Assembly: GCA_903862595.1 (NCBI GenBank)
Contig: CAIOYO010000092.1
Span: 588 to 64,587, forward strand
Direction: 5' to 3'
Source: an uncultured Opitutaceae bacterium
Lineage (GTDB): Bacteria; Verrucomicrobiota; Verrucomicrobiia; Opitutales; Opitutaceae
Length of the DNA: 64,000 nt
Shown here: positions 23,414-33,036 of the stretch, one piece after another
Layout of the letters: every line of letters starts with the position of its first letter
Position numbering within the stretch: position 1 is the stretch's first letter
Program-made: the position numbers and the translations under genes
Notes under the pieces: model-generated
The model's database searches: none
Told to the model about the DNA's origin: nothing
What the model saw: only the letters and a program-made list of their open reading frames with translations

Positions 23414-23791
23414 TTATTCCTTGGCTTTGGTGACACCCACGGTCTTGCGCGGACCCTTGCGAGTACGGGCATTCGTGCTGGTGCGCTGGCCGCGCACCGG
23501 GAGGCTGCGGCGATGGCGAATGCCGCGATAGCAATTGATCGCCTGCAGGCGCTTCAAGTTCGCCGCGAGCTCGCGACGAAGATCACCCTCCACCACCCAC
23601 TTGTGCTCGGTGATGATGTTGAGGATCTTGTTCAGATGCTCCTCGGTCAGCTCCTGCGCACGCAGGTTCGGATCGATCCCTGCTTCCTGCAGGATCTGAT
23701 CAGCGCGCACCGGACCGATGCCGTAGATGTAACGGAGCGAGTAAGAAACTTTCTTCTTCGCGGGGATTTCAACGCCGAGGAGACGAGGCAT
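23414..23791 (-). CDS. rpsM: 30S ribosomal protein S13
   Basis: Internal ATG at 23791 of track ORF 23414..23965. [26 protein letters not shown]..., [14 protein letters not shown]. Confidence 0.95.
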   Translation of the reverse strand: MPRLLGVEIPAKKKVSYSLRYIYGIGPVRADQILQEAGIDPNLRAQELTEEHLNKILNIITEHKWVVEGDLRRELAANLKRLQAINCYRGIRHRRSLPVRGQRTSTNARTRKGPRKTVGVTKAKE

Positions 23792-23858
23792 GATGGACTG
23801 GGTTGTTAGTGTGTGAGAGGGATGGAAACGAAACGAAAAAGGGAATGGGCGGCACGAC

Positions 23859-24647
23859 TCAAGCGGCGTGCAGCGGAAACAAGGAGGTCGTCGGCCGCGT
23901 GAGGATTTCAGGGCCAGCTTCTGTCGTGAGCACGGTGTGTTCGAAATGGGCGGAGGCAGCGCCATCTGCAGTCACCACCGTCCAACCATCCGCGAGGATC
24001 TTGGTGCGGTAACCGCCGAGGTTCACCATCGGCTCAATCGCAAGCGTCATTCCGGGGAGGATCCGGTCGCGCACTTCGCGGCCGAAATTCGGGATCTGCG
24101 GCTCCTCGTGCATCGCGAGGCCGACCCCATGGCCGACCATGTCGCGCACCACGCTGAAACCGTTGGCCTCCACGTGACGCTGCACCGCCTGCGAGATGTC
24201 TAAGATCCGGTTCCCTACCCTCGCCTGCTCGATCGCAAGGCGAAGAGACTGTTCGGTGACAGCGAGGAGCTGCTGGATCTTCGGGGACACGGTGCCCACC
24301 GCGTAGGTGGCGGCGTTGTCCCCGACCACCCCGTTGTAGCTCACGACCACATCGATCGCCACGACGTCGCCGTCGCGCAGGATGCGGCGGAACGAAGGGA
24401 TGCCATGCACCACTTCCTCGTTCACCGAGATACAGGTATGCGCCGGATAGCGCCGAGAGCCCACTTGGTAGCCGTAGCAGGCGCTCTTCGCGCCACGCTT
24501 CGCGATCGCATCGCGACCCGCCTCCTCCAGATCTTGCGTACTGATTCCAGGCCGGACGAGCGCTCGAAGTTCCTGCAGCACATCGGCCGCAATCGCGCAT
24601 GCTTCACGCATCCGCGCAATCTGACGCTCATTCTTGATCGGGATCAT
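23859..24647 (-). CDS. map: type I methionine aminopeptidase
   Basis: [35 protein letters not shown] metal-ligand contexts. Its ATG overlaps the stop of the upstream adk-like frame (ATGA). Confidence 0.95.
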   Translation of the reverse strand: MIPIKNERQIARMREACAIAADVLQELRALVRPGISTQDLEEAGRDAIAKRGAKSACYGYQVGSRRYPAHTCISVNEEVVHGIPSFRRILRDGDVVAIDVVVSYNGVVGDNAATYAVGTVSPKIQQLLAVTEQSLRLAIEQARVGNRILDISQAVQRHVEANGFSVVRDMVGHGVGLAMHEEPQIPNFGREVRDRILPGMTLAIEPMVNLGGYRTKILADGWTVVTADGAASAHFEHTVLTTEAGPEILTRPTTSLFPLHAA

Positions 24648-25129
24648 CGCGAGGGAGAACCAACAAGGGAAACCAGCGGAACTCCCATGCGACGGTAATG
24701 CCCGGCGACATCGCTCCCGGAGGCGCGATCATCACCGAGGAGAATGGCTTCGAGCGCTTCATCGCGCGCCGCCAACCATTCATCAAGGATCATTGCCTGG
24801 AGCAACGTAGCCGGGAATCCCTGCAACAGGAAACCCGCATCGGGTTTACGCGACCAAAACCAGCGCCGCATGGCGGCGACCGGATCCCCCTTGCCGACCG
24901 ACGGGCCGGCGGGAGCGGATCGCGAAATCCCCGGACTCATCAGCGAGACCGGAGAGACGTGCTCAATAAAATTCAAAGAACGGAGACAGGAATCGTGGTC
25001 CAAGAGAAACGAGCCAAGGACCACTAGTTTGGACTTGGCGCCGAACTCCGAAACCACGAGGGGGTCAGAACCTAGGCGCACGTCCAGCCGAGTAAAGCCT
25101 AATTTCCCATGAACTGACGGTAGGCCCAA
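24644..25129 (-). pseudogene. degenerate adenylate-kinase homologue (P-loop and LID lost); gene relic or non-catalytic remnant
   Basis: Occupies the canonical secY-adk-map slot. It retains GFLLQGFPATLLQA (Adk GFLLDGFPRTxxQA) and a beta1-like KLVVLG. SFLLDHDS replaces the GxPGxGKGT P-loop, and Ala replaces the Arg of GFPRT. There is no LID segment and no ATG start (TTG 25129, GTG 25081 or GTG 25057). The 5' half uses A/T-ending codons. Confidence 0.45.
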
Positions 25130-26601
25130 ATCGCCAAACCGAGCAGGAACAAGCCAGCCAAGGGAAGAACCAACTTCATGACGGAATCGGAACTCAGCGC
25201 TTCCGAGGTCGGACTCTGCATGCCAGGGCTGCGGGCCCGGATGCGACCCTTCTTCAGGAAGCCGTCGTAGTGCCGCTGAAGCAGGAACGTCTCAATCTGC
25301 CGCATGGTGTCGAGGACGACACCCACGGTGATCAGCATGCCCGTGCCGCCGAAGAAGATCGCAATACGCTGCGGGACATTCAGTTCGAACAGCAGGACGT
25401 CGGGCATGACCGCGATCACGGTCAGGAAGATCGCACCAGCCAGCGTCAGCCGGGTCATGATGAAGTCGAGAAACTGCGCCGTCGGATCACCCGGGCGAAC
25501 GCCAGGGATGTAGCCGCCGTATTTCTTCAAATCATCGGCGATCTGGATCGGCTTGAACATCACGGAGACCCAGAAATAGCTAAAGAAAAGGATCAGGAAG
25601 ACCATGATCGTGTAATACGACCAGTGTCCGCGAAGCAGGTTGTTGGAGAACTCGACCATCCACTTCCAGTTCATCGCTGCGCCGAGCTGTGCGAAGATCT
25701 GCTGGGGAAAGAGGAGGATAGCGCTGGCGAAAATGACCGGCATCACCCCCGAGTAGTTGACCTTGAGCGGAAGGAAGGAGCTCTGGCCGCCCATGACCTT
25801 GTTGCCCACGACGCGCTTGGCGTACTGCACGGGGATCTTCCTCTGACCCTGCACCACCATGATGATGCCCATGGTGACCGTGATGAACAGACCGACCATG
25901 ATGATCGCCTGCGGCAAGCCGAGGCGGGCCACGCCCACCGGGGCAAAGAAGAGCTGGTACGTCGCCGCGGCAGCGCCCGGGATGTCAGCCAAGATACCAA
26001 CCGTGATCAGCAGGGAAACGCCGTTGCCGATACCGCGCTGGGTGATCTGTTCGCCGAGCCACATCAGCATCAGCGTACCCGCCGTCATGAAGATGACGGA
26101 GGTGACAAGGAACCATCCCTGATCGACGATCACGATCGAACCGTACTGGTTGATGTCGTACCCCGGGAAGAGACGGCCAGGATTCTCAAGCGCCAGGATC
26201 AGCAGCGTGCCCTGAATCAAACAGATGAGAACGGTGGCGTACCGCGTGTACTGGGTCAGCTTCTGACGACCTACGTCGCCCTCTTGCTGGAGACGGCTGA
26301 GGCTCGGAATCACCGCGGTCATCAACTGGAAGATGATGGACGCGCTGATATACGGCATGATGCCGAGAGCGAAGACCGCGCCCTTCACGAGCGCGCCACC
26401 CGTGAACATATTGTACAGACCGACGAGGGCGCTCGCTCCGCCCGCCGTTTGGTCGGCGAAGAAAGTCTGCAGTGGCTTCGGATCGAGGCCCGGCAGAGGA
26501 ATGTGCGCGCCCACGCGCGCCACGAAGAGCAGCGCCAGCGTGTAGAAGATACGGGAGCGCAGCTCCGGAATCTTCAGGGAGTTGGTGAAGGCGGAAAACA
26601 C
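25099..26601 (-). CDS. secY: preprotein translocase subunit SecY (with ~43-aa C-terminal extension)
   Basis: GTG start. IPELRSRIFYTLALLFVARVG, ALGIMPYISASIIFQL, 10 TM topology. The canonical C-terminus LLQRHYDGFLKKGRIRAR is followed by an extra hydrophobic helix. Confidence 0.95.
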   Translation of the reverse strand: MFSAFTNSLKIPELRSRIFYTLALLFVARVGAHIPLPGLDPKPLQTFFADQTAGGASALVGLYNMFTGGALVKGAVFALGIMPYISASIIFQLMTAVIPSLSRLQQEGDVGRQKLTQYTRYATVLICLIQGTLLILALENPGRLFPGYDINQYGSIVIVDQGWFLVTSVIFMTAGTLMLMWLGEQITQRGIGNGVSLLITVGILADIPGAAAATYQLFFAPVGVARLGLPQAIIMVGLFITVTMGIIMVVQGQRKIPVQYAKRVVGNKVMGGQSSFLPLKVNYSGVMPVIFASAILLFPQQIFAQLGAAMNWKWMVEFSNNLLRGHWSYYTIMVFLILFFSYFWVSVMFKPIQIADDLKKYGGYIPGVRPGDPTAQFLDFIMTRLTLAGAIFLTVIAVMPDVLLFELNVPQRIAIFFGGTGMLITVGVVLDTMRQIETFLLQRHYDGFLKKGRIRARSPGMQSPTSEALSSDSVMKLVLPLAGLFLLGLAIWAYRQFMGN

Positions 26602-26692
26602 GGGTGAGGAAACAGGGACCGAAGTTCGAAGAGCCGGACAAACCCGCGGGGCGACGGCGAATACCGAAGCCCCCGAGACGGTGCCGTCGACG

Positions 26693-27139
26693 TCAGGCGA
26701 CGATCGCCTGGCCGCCAGCGGCCTCGATCTTCGCCTTGGCGGACGCGGAGAACTTGGCGGCCGAGACGCGGAGCGCGCGCTTCAGTTCGCCGTCACCGAG
26801 GACCTTGACGGAGGACTCGCCGGCACGGATCAGACCGTGGTCGGCAAGAACCTTCGCGTTGACCTCGGATACGCTTTCCGAGAGGCCGGCGAGCGCGCCG
26901 ACGTTGACCACGGCGATTTCGGTGCGGAACGCCGCTTGATTGAAGCCGCGATGCGGGAGCTTACGGTAGAGGGGCATCTGGCCGCCCTCGAATCCGGGAC
27001 GGATGCTGCCACCAGAGCGGGCCGTCTGGCCCTTGCCACCGCGGCCCGAAGTCTTGCCATGGCCGCTGCCTTCGCCACAGCCCACGCGCTTGCGGCGATG
27101 GACGGCACCCGGGACGTTCTTGAGTTCGTGAAGTTTCAT
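26693..27139 (-). CDS. rplO: 50S ribosomal protein L15
   Basis: MKLHELKNVPGAVHRRKRVGCGEGSGHGKTSGRGGKGQ. Confidence 0.95.
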   Translation of the reverse strand: MKLHELKNVPGAVHRRKRVGCGEGSGHGKTSGRGGKGQTARSGGSIRPGFEGGQMPLYRKLPHRGFNQAAFRTEIAVVNVGALAGLSESVSEVNAKVLADHGLIRAGESSVKVLGDGELKRALRVSAAKFSASAKAKIEAAGGQAIVA

Positions 27140-27213
27140 AGGATTCCTAGTTGGGTCGCCGCGCCGAACAAAGGAGTCGGCGCGACTCGGAGTGAGAAGA
27201 ATGATGCAGTGAC

Positions 27214-27843
27214 TTAGGCCTTGCGCACCGCGGCGATGTCCTCGGAGAGGCGCAGCTGCCGCAGAGCCGCGATGGTCGCGTTGACCACCGCAATGTGGTT
27301 GTTCGAGCCCATCGACTTGGTGAGGACGTTCTTCACGCCCGCCGCCTCGAGCACCGCACGAACGCCGCCGCCGGCGATCAGACCGGTACCGGTGGACGCC
27401 GGCTTGAGGAGGACCTTGCCACCATCAAACACGCCAAAGACCTCGTGCGGAATGGTGTCGCCCTTGATCTTCACGGTGATGAGACGCTTTTTGGCGTGCT
27501 CCGTGCTCTTGCGGATCGCATCGGGGACCTCATTGGCCTTGCCGAGACCGACGCCGATCTTCCCCTTCCCGTCACCGACGACGGCGAGGGCGGAGAAGCT
27601 GAAGCGACGGCCGCCCTTGACGACCTTGGCGCAGCGATTGATGAAGACGACCTTTTCGATCATCTCCGGACCGTCGGACTTGGCGGGCGCATCGCGACGC
27701 GGACCGCGACTGTCACGGCCGCCAGGGCCACGACGACCACCGCCGGGGCCACCGGGGCCGCCGAAAGAGCGGGGCTTGGGAGCGGCGGCGCGGGTTTCAG
27801 TGCCGCTGTCGGCCACGGGGGAAGGAACAGATTCAGTGCTCAT
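27214..27843 (-). CDS. rpsE: 30S ribosomal protein S5 with ~50-aa Gly/Arg/Pro-rich N-terminal extension
   Basis: Core [40 protein letters not shown]. The track start at 27849 is TTG; ATG at 27843 is used. Confidence 0.94.
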   Translation of the reverse strand: MSTESVPSPVADSGTETRAAAPKPRSFGGPGGPGGGRRGPGGRDSRGPRRDAPAKSDGPEMIEKVVFINRCAKVVKGGRRFSFSALAVVGDGKGKIGVGLGKANEVPDAIRKSTEHAKKRLITVKIKGDTIPHEVFGVFDGGKVLLKPASTGTGLIAGGGVRAVLEAAGVKNVLTKSMGSNNHIAVVNATIAALRQLRLSEDIAAVRKA

Positions 27844-27855
27844 GGGCAACAGCGG

Positions 27856-28218
27856 TTAAAAGACCAGACCACCCTCACGGGCGGCTTCGGCAAAGCTCTT
27901 CACCTTGCCATGATAACGGGCGCCACTGCGGTCGAAGACCACGGTGCTGACACCGGCCGACTTCGCCTTGGCGACGAAGGCCTCGCCAAGGCGCTTGGCG
28001 CCGGCGAGATTGGCCTTGAGGCCCTCCTTGCGGAGAGCCGGATCGAGGCTCGAGATAAACACGAGCGTGGAGCCCGCGGCATCGTCGATGGCCTGGGCGT
28101 AGATGTGTTTGGTGCTGAACTTGACGCTCAGGCGCGGCCGGGCGGCAGTGCCCACCACCTTCTTGCGGATGCGCCAGCGGCGCTTTTGCAGCAGGTCGGC
28201 CTTCTTGATAGTATTCAT
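27856..28218 (-). CDS. rplR: 50S ribosomal protein L18
   Basis: RPRLSVKFSTKHIYAQAIDD..., VFDRSGARYHGKVKSFAEAAREGGL. Confidence 0.95.
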   Translation of the reverse strand: MNTIKKADLLQKRRWRIRKKVVGTAARPRLSVKFSTKHIYAQAIDDAAGSTLVFISSLDPALRKEGLKANLAGAKRLGEAFVAKAKSAGVSTVVFDRSGARYHGKVKSFAEAAREGGLVF

Positions 28219-28253
28219 GAAGTAATTCCCTCGAATGCAGGTTACGACGGGCC

Positions 28254-28796
28254 TTAGGCGACCGTCTTGCCTTCCTTGCGGCGAACGCGCTCGCCGACGA
28301 TACGGACACCCTTGCCCTTGTAAGGCTCCGGCGGATAATAGCTGCGAATCTCGGCGGTCACGGCACCGACGAGCTGCTTGTCAACGCCCTCAACCTTGAG
28401 CTTCGTCTGATCGGTGACGGTGACCTTGATGCCCTCCGGAATGTCGAAGAGGATCGGATGCGAATAACCGAGCGCCAAGTCGAGCTGCTTGCCCTTGAGC
28501 ACGGCCTTGAAGCCGACGCCCTGGATCTCCAGCTCCTTGATGTAACCATCGGTCACACCCTTGACCATGCCAGCGACCACGGAACGCGCGGTACCGTACA
28601 TCGCTCGCGAAAAACGCGTCTCTTCGGTGGGAGCGAACGTGACCTTCTTGTCGGCGACGTCGATCTTCACCACCGGGGCGAAGGTCTTCTGGACCTTGCC
28701 CTTCGGGCCCTCGACGAGAACGGAATTGTTCGCCGGGTTCACGGCGACCTTCACCTTCTCGGGAATGACAACGGGCTGCTTTCCAATGCGGCTCAT
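28254..28796 (-). CDS. rplF: 50S ribosomal protein L6
   Basis: Internal ATG at 28796. MSRIGKQPVVIPEKVKV..., YYPPEPYKGKGVR. Confidence 0.95.
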   Translation of the reverse strand: MSRIGKQPVVIPEKVKVAVNPANNSVLVEGPKGKVQKTFAPVVKIDVADKKVTFAPTEETRFSRAMYGTARSVVAGMVKGVTDGYIKELEIQGVGFKAVLKGKQLDLALGYSHPILFDIPEGIKVTVTDQTKLKVEGVDKQLVGAVTAEIRSYYPPEPYKGKGVRIVGERVRRKEGKTVA

Positions 28797-28813
28797 GAGT
28801 AGATCTCCTTGGG

Positions 28814-29206
28814 TTACCAGACGGTGCACACGAGCTCTCCGCCAACCTTGTGGCGAAGGCAGTTCTGGTTGTTCATCAGGCCGCGCGAAGTCGAAAGGAT
28901 GCTGATCCCGAGACCATTGAGGACGCGCGGAATCTCCTGGTATCCGCAGTAAAGGCGGCGACCCGGGGTCGACACGCGCTTCACTTGGGTGATGGCGGGC
29001 GTCTCATTCACGTACTTAAGCTTCACGACGAGGGTCTTGTGACCGCGCTCATCGGTGCCGTGGGAGAAGTCGGTGATGAAGCCGTCTTCCTTGAGGATGG
29101 CCGCGATGGCCTCCTTCATCTGGGAATGGGGCGAGGCGGTCTCCGCCTGTCGCGCAAGCGACGCGTTCCGAAGACGCGTCAAGAAATCGCTGATGGGATC
29201 AGTCAT
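28814..29206 (-). CDS. rpsH: 30S ribosomal protein S8
   Basis: MTDPISDFLTRLRNA..., GISILSTSRGLM. Confidence 0.95.
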   Translation of the reverse strand: MTDPISDFLTRLRNASLARQAETASPHSQMKEAIAAILKEDGFITDFSHGTDERGHKTLVVKLKYVNETPAITQVKRVSTPGRRLYCGYQEIPRVLNGLGISILSTSRGLMNNQNCLRHKVGGELVCTVW

Positions 29207-29287
29207 GGTAGTGGATGCTGCTTGGGTGAATCCGACGGGTCATATCCCGGGCACCGGAGGTGCACGCACTCCCGTCGGGGGATGAAA

Positions 29288-29593
29288 TTACCAGGAGGAC
29301 TTGGTCACGCCCGGAATCTTGCCGGCGAGGGCGAGCTCGCGGAACTGGATACGTGAGACGCCGAACTTGCCGATGTACGCGCGCGGACGACCGCTCATGG
29401 AGCAGCGATTGCGGATGCGGACGGCGGAGGAGTTGCGGGGAAGCTTTTGTAGCTTCTTCTGCGCGGCGAAGAACTCCTCGTCGGTGGTCGCCGGGTTGGC
29501 GAGCAGGGCCTTGAGTTCGGCGCGCTTGGCGGCGAACTTCGCCGTGAGCTTCTTGCGCTTGTCGTTGCGCTGAATGGCGGATGTCTTGGGCAT
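29288..29593 (-). CDS. rpsN: 30S ribosomal protein S14 (long, non-zinc form)
   Basis: 101 aa. [41 protein letters not shown]. No CxxC pairs. Confidence 0.94.
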   Translation of the reverse strand: MPKTSAIQRNDKRKKLTAKFAAKRAELKALLANPATTDEEFFAAQKKLQKLPRNSSAVRIRNRCSMSGRPRAYIGKFGVSRIQFRELALAGKIPGVTKSSW

Positions 29594-29609
29594 GGCGTGA
29601 GTCTTAGGA

Positions 29610-30176
29610 TCAGGCGGCCGATTTCTGGTTCTCGGAGCGACGGAACGGCATGCCGATCAGACGGAGCAGTTCGCGGCCCTCGTCATCCGACTTAGCCGTG
29701 GTGACGATCGTGATGTCGAGACCCATGGTCTTCTTGACGTTCTCGACGGTGATTTCCGGGAAGATGGTGAAATCGGTGACGCCCAGGTTGTAATTACCCT
29801 GGCCATCGAGTTTCGGCGAGACACCGCGGAAGTCGCGGATCGTCGGAATCGCCACCGCCAGCAGGCGATAGAGGAATTCCCACATGTTGTTGCCGCGAAG
29901 GGTCACATGCGCACCGACCACCTGGCCGGCACGGAGCTTGAAATTGGCGATCGCCTTGCGCGACTTGGCGAGCACGGGCTTCTGGCCGGCGATGAGGCCG
30001 AGATCGCGAGCGATGTCGGCGATCTGGTTCTTGTCAGCTTCAGAATCGATGCCGGTGTTGATCACGATCTTCGTGATGCGCGGCACCTGGTGCACATTCT
30101 TATAGCCACGCAGCTTCGTCAGCTCAGGGACGACCTGCTCGGCATACAGTTTCTTGAGGGCGGGTACGGTACTCAT
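29610..30176 (-). CDS. rplE: 50S ribosomal protein L5
   Basis: [17 protein letters not shown]..., [17 protein letters not shown]. Confidence 0.95.
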   Translation of the reverse strand: MSTVPALKKLYAEQVVPELTKLRGYKNVHQVPRITKIVINTGIDSEADKNQIADIARDLGLIAGQKPVLAKSRKAIANFKLRAGQVVGAHVTLRGNNMWEFLYRLLAVAIPTIRDFRGVSPKLDGQGNYNLGVTDFTIFPEITVENVKKTMGLDITIVTTAKSDDEGRELLRLIGMPFRRSENQKSAA

Positions 30177-30223
30177 GGATGAAGCCCCGGGTTTCCAAGC
30201 CGGTGGCAGAGGGAGTTCGTTAA

Positions 30224-30276
30224 GGGAGGAAAAAGGAAAACGTTCTCATTGTCCCGTTGCCGAGGCAAGGGAGAAC
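30224..30276 (-). terminator. terminator/attenuator-like hairpin + U-tract between rplX and rplE
   Basis: Imperfect two-part stem: 30242-30246 pairs with 30272-30276, and 30253-30260 pairs with 30265-30271 with one bulge. On the minus strand it is followed by GTTTTCCTTTTTCC (plus-strand A-rich 30224-30241). Confidence 0.35.
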
Positions 30277-30286
30277 GCAAAGGGAG

Positions 30287-30562
30287 TTAGGCCGTTGCGG
30301 CAGCCTTGGCCGGACGGCGCTTGCTCGCGTCGTAACGGCTCTTCAGCTGCAGGTTGGACACGTGGATGGAGCCTTCGCGCTCGGCGATGGTGCCGTTCGG
30401 ATGCTCCTGGGACTTCTTGAGATGCCGCTTGATCATGGCGACACCCTCGACACGGGCGCGTTGCGAGCCGGCGAGGATCTCGAGAATCTTACCGGACTTG
30501 CCACGGTGGGCGCCGGCGAGGACGACGACTTCGTCGCCGCGTTTGATATGGAATGTCTGCAT
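30287..30562 (-). CDS. rplX: 50S ribosomal protein L24
   Basis: FHIKRGDEVVVLAGAHRGKSGKI (KOW motif). Confidence 0.93.
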   Translation of the reverse strand: MQTFHIKRGDEVVVLAGAHRGKSGKILEILAGSQRARVEGVAMIKRHLKKSQEHPNGTIAEREGSIHVSNLQLKSRYDASKRRPAKAAATA

Positions 30563-30573
30563 GGTCGGCTCCT

Positions 30574-30939
30574 TTACAGCACCTCGGGGGCGAGCGAGAT
30601 GATCTTCATGAAATTCTTGGCGCGCAGCTCGCGGGCGACGGGCCCGAAGATGCGGGTGCCGCGCGGATTGCCGTCGGCACCGATGATAACGATGGCGTTG
30701 GCGTCGAAGCGCAGGTAACTGCCATCGGCGCGACGCACCGGGGCGCGCGTGCGGACGACGACGGCCTTGGCGACCTCGCCCTTCTTCACGGTGGCATCGG
30801 TGGTGCTCTCCTTGATGTGGACCGTGACGATATCGCCGACTCCGGCGGTGTCGGTGTTCTGGCCCTTGCGGGAAATGAAGGCGGCCTTGCGGGCGCCGGT
30901 GTTATCGGCGACCTCGACGATGGAACGAAGCTGGATCAT
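30574..30939 (-). CDS. rplN: 50S ribosomal protein L14
   Basis: [18 protein letters not shown]..., [11 protein letters not shown]. Confidence 0.96.
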   Translation of the reverse strand: MIQLRSIVEVADNTGARKAAFISRKGQNTDTAGVGDIVTVHIKESTTDATVKKGEVAKAVVVRTRAPVRRADGSYLRFDANAIVIIGADGNPRGTRIFGPVARELRAKNFMKIISLAPEVL

Positions 30940-30981
30940 GGGTTTCCTTTCAGTCTGCGACGGGTGGTCGGGAGCGCGGGC

Positions 30982-31326
30982 TTAGGCCTGCGTCGACGCC
31001 TTCGGCGCGGTGGTCTTGGTGGGAACGGCCGCAGCGACATCGGTCTCGCTGATGGCAACGGCGTCGGACGTGATGGCCCGCTCAACGATGCGGACAATGC
31101 GCCAGCGCTTCAGACGGCTGAGGGGACGGGTCTCCATGACCTCGACCTTGTCGCCCGTCTTGGTCTCGTTCTTCTCGTCGTGGACGTGAAGGACGGTCTG
31201 GCGATTGATGACCTTGTGGTAACGCGGATGCGGCGTCTTGTAAGGAATCGTGACCTTGACCGACTTGTCGCCGGAGCGGGTGGTGACGAAACCGGTAAGG
31301 GTCTTGCGGGTGTTGCGCGTGGACAT
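30982..31326 (-). CDS. rpsQ: 30S ribosomal protein S17 (with ~30-aa C-terminal tail)
   Basis: LTGFVTTRSGDKSVKVTIPYKTPHPRYHKV..., GDKVEVMETRPLS. Confidence 0.94.
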   Translation of the reverse strand: MSTRNTRKTLTGFVTTRSGDKSVKVTIPYKTPHPRYHKVINRQTVLHVHDEKNETKTGDKVEVMETRPLSRLKRWRIVRIVERAITSDAVAISETDVAAAVPTKTTAPKASTQA

Positions 31327-31331
31327 GGCGG

Positions 31332-31532
31332 TTAGGCGGCTTTGACGGATTTCTTCGCGGTCGCCCCGGTCAGGAGGCGGGCAATGTCCTTGCGCAGCGC
31401 ACGCAGCTCGTGGGTCTTCTCGACCTGGCCGGTGTGCTTGCGGAGACGGAGTTGGAGGAGACGCTCGCGGGCCTCGCGGACCTTGGTGTCGATCTCGGCG
31501 GGCGTCAGTTCACGGATTTCTTTGGAAGTCAT
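31332..31532 (-). CDS. rpmC: 50S ribosomal protein L29
   Basis: [26 protein letters not shown]. Confidence 0.93.
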   Translation of the reverse strand: MTSKEIRELTPAEIDTKVREARERLLQLRLRKHTGQVEKTHELRALRKDIARLLTGATAKKSVKAA

Positions 31533-31564
31533 GGCAGTCGGTGGTGTCGGGTTTAGCCCGGAGG

Positions 31565-31987
31565 TTAGGCTGCGGAACCGGCGCGCACGATGAAGCGGCA
31601 GCGGAACGGCAGTTTGGCGTCGGCGAGGCGGAAAGCCTCCTTCGCGATCGAAGTCGGAACGCCGGAGAGCTCGAAGAGCACCGCGCCGGGCTTGATCACC
31701 GCGACGTAGAATTCGACGGGGCCTTTGCCCTGACCCATGCGGGTCTCCGCCGGCTTCTTCGTCACAGGCTTGTGCGGGAAGATGCGAATCCAGAGCTTGC
31801 CCTTGCGCTTGAGGTGGCGGGAGATCGTGACGCGGGCGGCCTCGATCTGCTGGCCCGTCATCGGGCCACGGGAGAGAGACTGAAGACCAAACTCGCCGAA
31901 GGCCAGGGTGTTGCCACGCTTGGCATTGCCGGCGCGCGAGCCCTTCTGGGACTTGCGGAACTTGGTGCGGGAGGGTGCGAGAGCCAT
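31565..31987 (-). CDS. rplP: 50S ribosomal protein L16
   Basis: [30 protein letters not shown]..., RMGQGKG. Confidence 0.96.
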   Translation of the reverse strand: MALAPSRTKFRKSQKGSRAGNAKRGNTLAFGEFGLQSLSRGPMTGQQIEAARVTISRHLKRKGKLWIRIFPHKPVTKKPAETRMGQGKGPVEFYVAVIKPGAVLFELSGVPTSIAKEAFRLADAKLPFRCRFIVRAGSAA

Positions 31988-32050
31988 GGGAGATATCCGG
32001 AGTTTTGAAGTTCGGTCCCGCCGCAGGAACGCGGCGGGGGAAGAACCAGC

Positions 32051-32686
32051 TTAGGCGTTGGCGTCAGCTTCCTTTTTGCAGATCCAGCACTTCACGCCGA
32101 TCTTGCCGTACACGGTCTGGGCCTCGGAGAAGCCATAGTCGATGTGCTCGCGGAGCGTGTGCAGCGGCACGCGGCCCTTGCGCTGCCACTCGCGACGAGC
32201 GATGTCCGCACCGCCGAGACGGCCGGAGCACTGAATACGAATACCCTCGGCACCAAGCGCCATGGACATTTCCACGGCCTTCTTCATGGCGCGACGGAAC
32301 GCGATGCGGCGCTCGAGTTGGAGGGCGACGTTCTCAGCGACGAGCTGAGCCTCGATCTCGGGCTTCTTGACCTCCTGGATGTCGAGGAGGATCTCCTTGC
32401 CCGTGAGCTTGGCGAGCTCGTCCTTGATCTTCTCGACCTCCTGACCCTTGCGGCCGATCACCACGCCCGGACGGGCGGTGTAAATCTTGACGCGCACGCG
32501 GTTGGAGGCGCGCTCGATGAAGATGCGCGGCACCGAGGCCTGCTTGAGCTTCTCCATCAGCTTCTCGCGGATGATCTGGTCCTCGAGGAGGAGCTTCGGG
32601 AAATCCTTCTTGGTGGCGAACCAGCGGGACTGCCAGTTCCGGCGAACGGCAAGACGGAAACCGGTGGGATTGGTCTTTTGGCCCAT
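32051..32686 (-). CDS. rpsC: 30S ribosomal protein S3
   Basis: [24 protein letters not shown]..., KH domain, [10 protein letters not shown]. Confidence 0.96.
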   Translation of the reverse strand: MGQKTNPTGFRLAVRRNWQSRWFATKKDFPKLLLEDQIIREKLMEKLKQASVPRIFIERASNRVRVKIYTARPGVVIGRKGQEVEKIKDELAKLTGKEILLDIQEVKKPEIEAQLVAENVALQLERRIAFRRAMKKAVEMSMALGAEGIRIQCSGRLGGADIARREWQRKGRVPLHTLREHIDYGFSEAQTVYGKIGVKCWICKKEADANA

Positions 32687-32694
32687 GGAAAGGA

Positions 32695-33036
32695 TTAGTT
32701 GGAGTTGCCGTCCGTCAGGACGATCGTGATGTGGGACATCTTCTTCCGGCGGGGCATGGCAGTACCACGCGCACCGGCCTTGAAGCGCTTGAGCACCGGA
32801 CCCTGGTCCACGATGGCGGACTTCACGGTCAGCGCGTCAGCCGAGACGTTGTTGTTGTTCTCGGCGTTTGCGATGGCGCTCTTCAGCGTCTTGGCGATGA
32901 GCTGCGCGCTCTTCCGCGGGATGATCCCGAGAAGATCGACGGCATCGGGGGCCTTGCGGCCCTGAATCGTACGGGCCACCTCGCGCACCTTCTTCGGTGA
33001 CATGCGAGCGTAGCGGGTGATGGCTTGGACTTCCAT
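32695..33036 (-). CDS. rplV: 50S ribosomal protein L22
   Basis: [22 protein letters not shown]..., [22 protein letters not shown]. Confidence 0.95.
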   Translation of the reverse strand: MEVQAITRYARMSPKKVREVARTIQGRKAPDAVDLLGIIPRKSAQLIAKTLKSAIANAENNNNVSADALTVKSAIVDQGPVLKRFKAGARGTAMPRRKKMSHITIVLTDGNSN

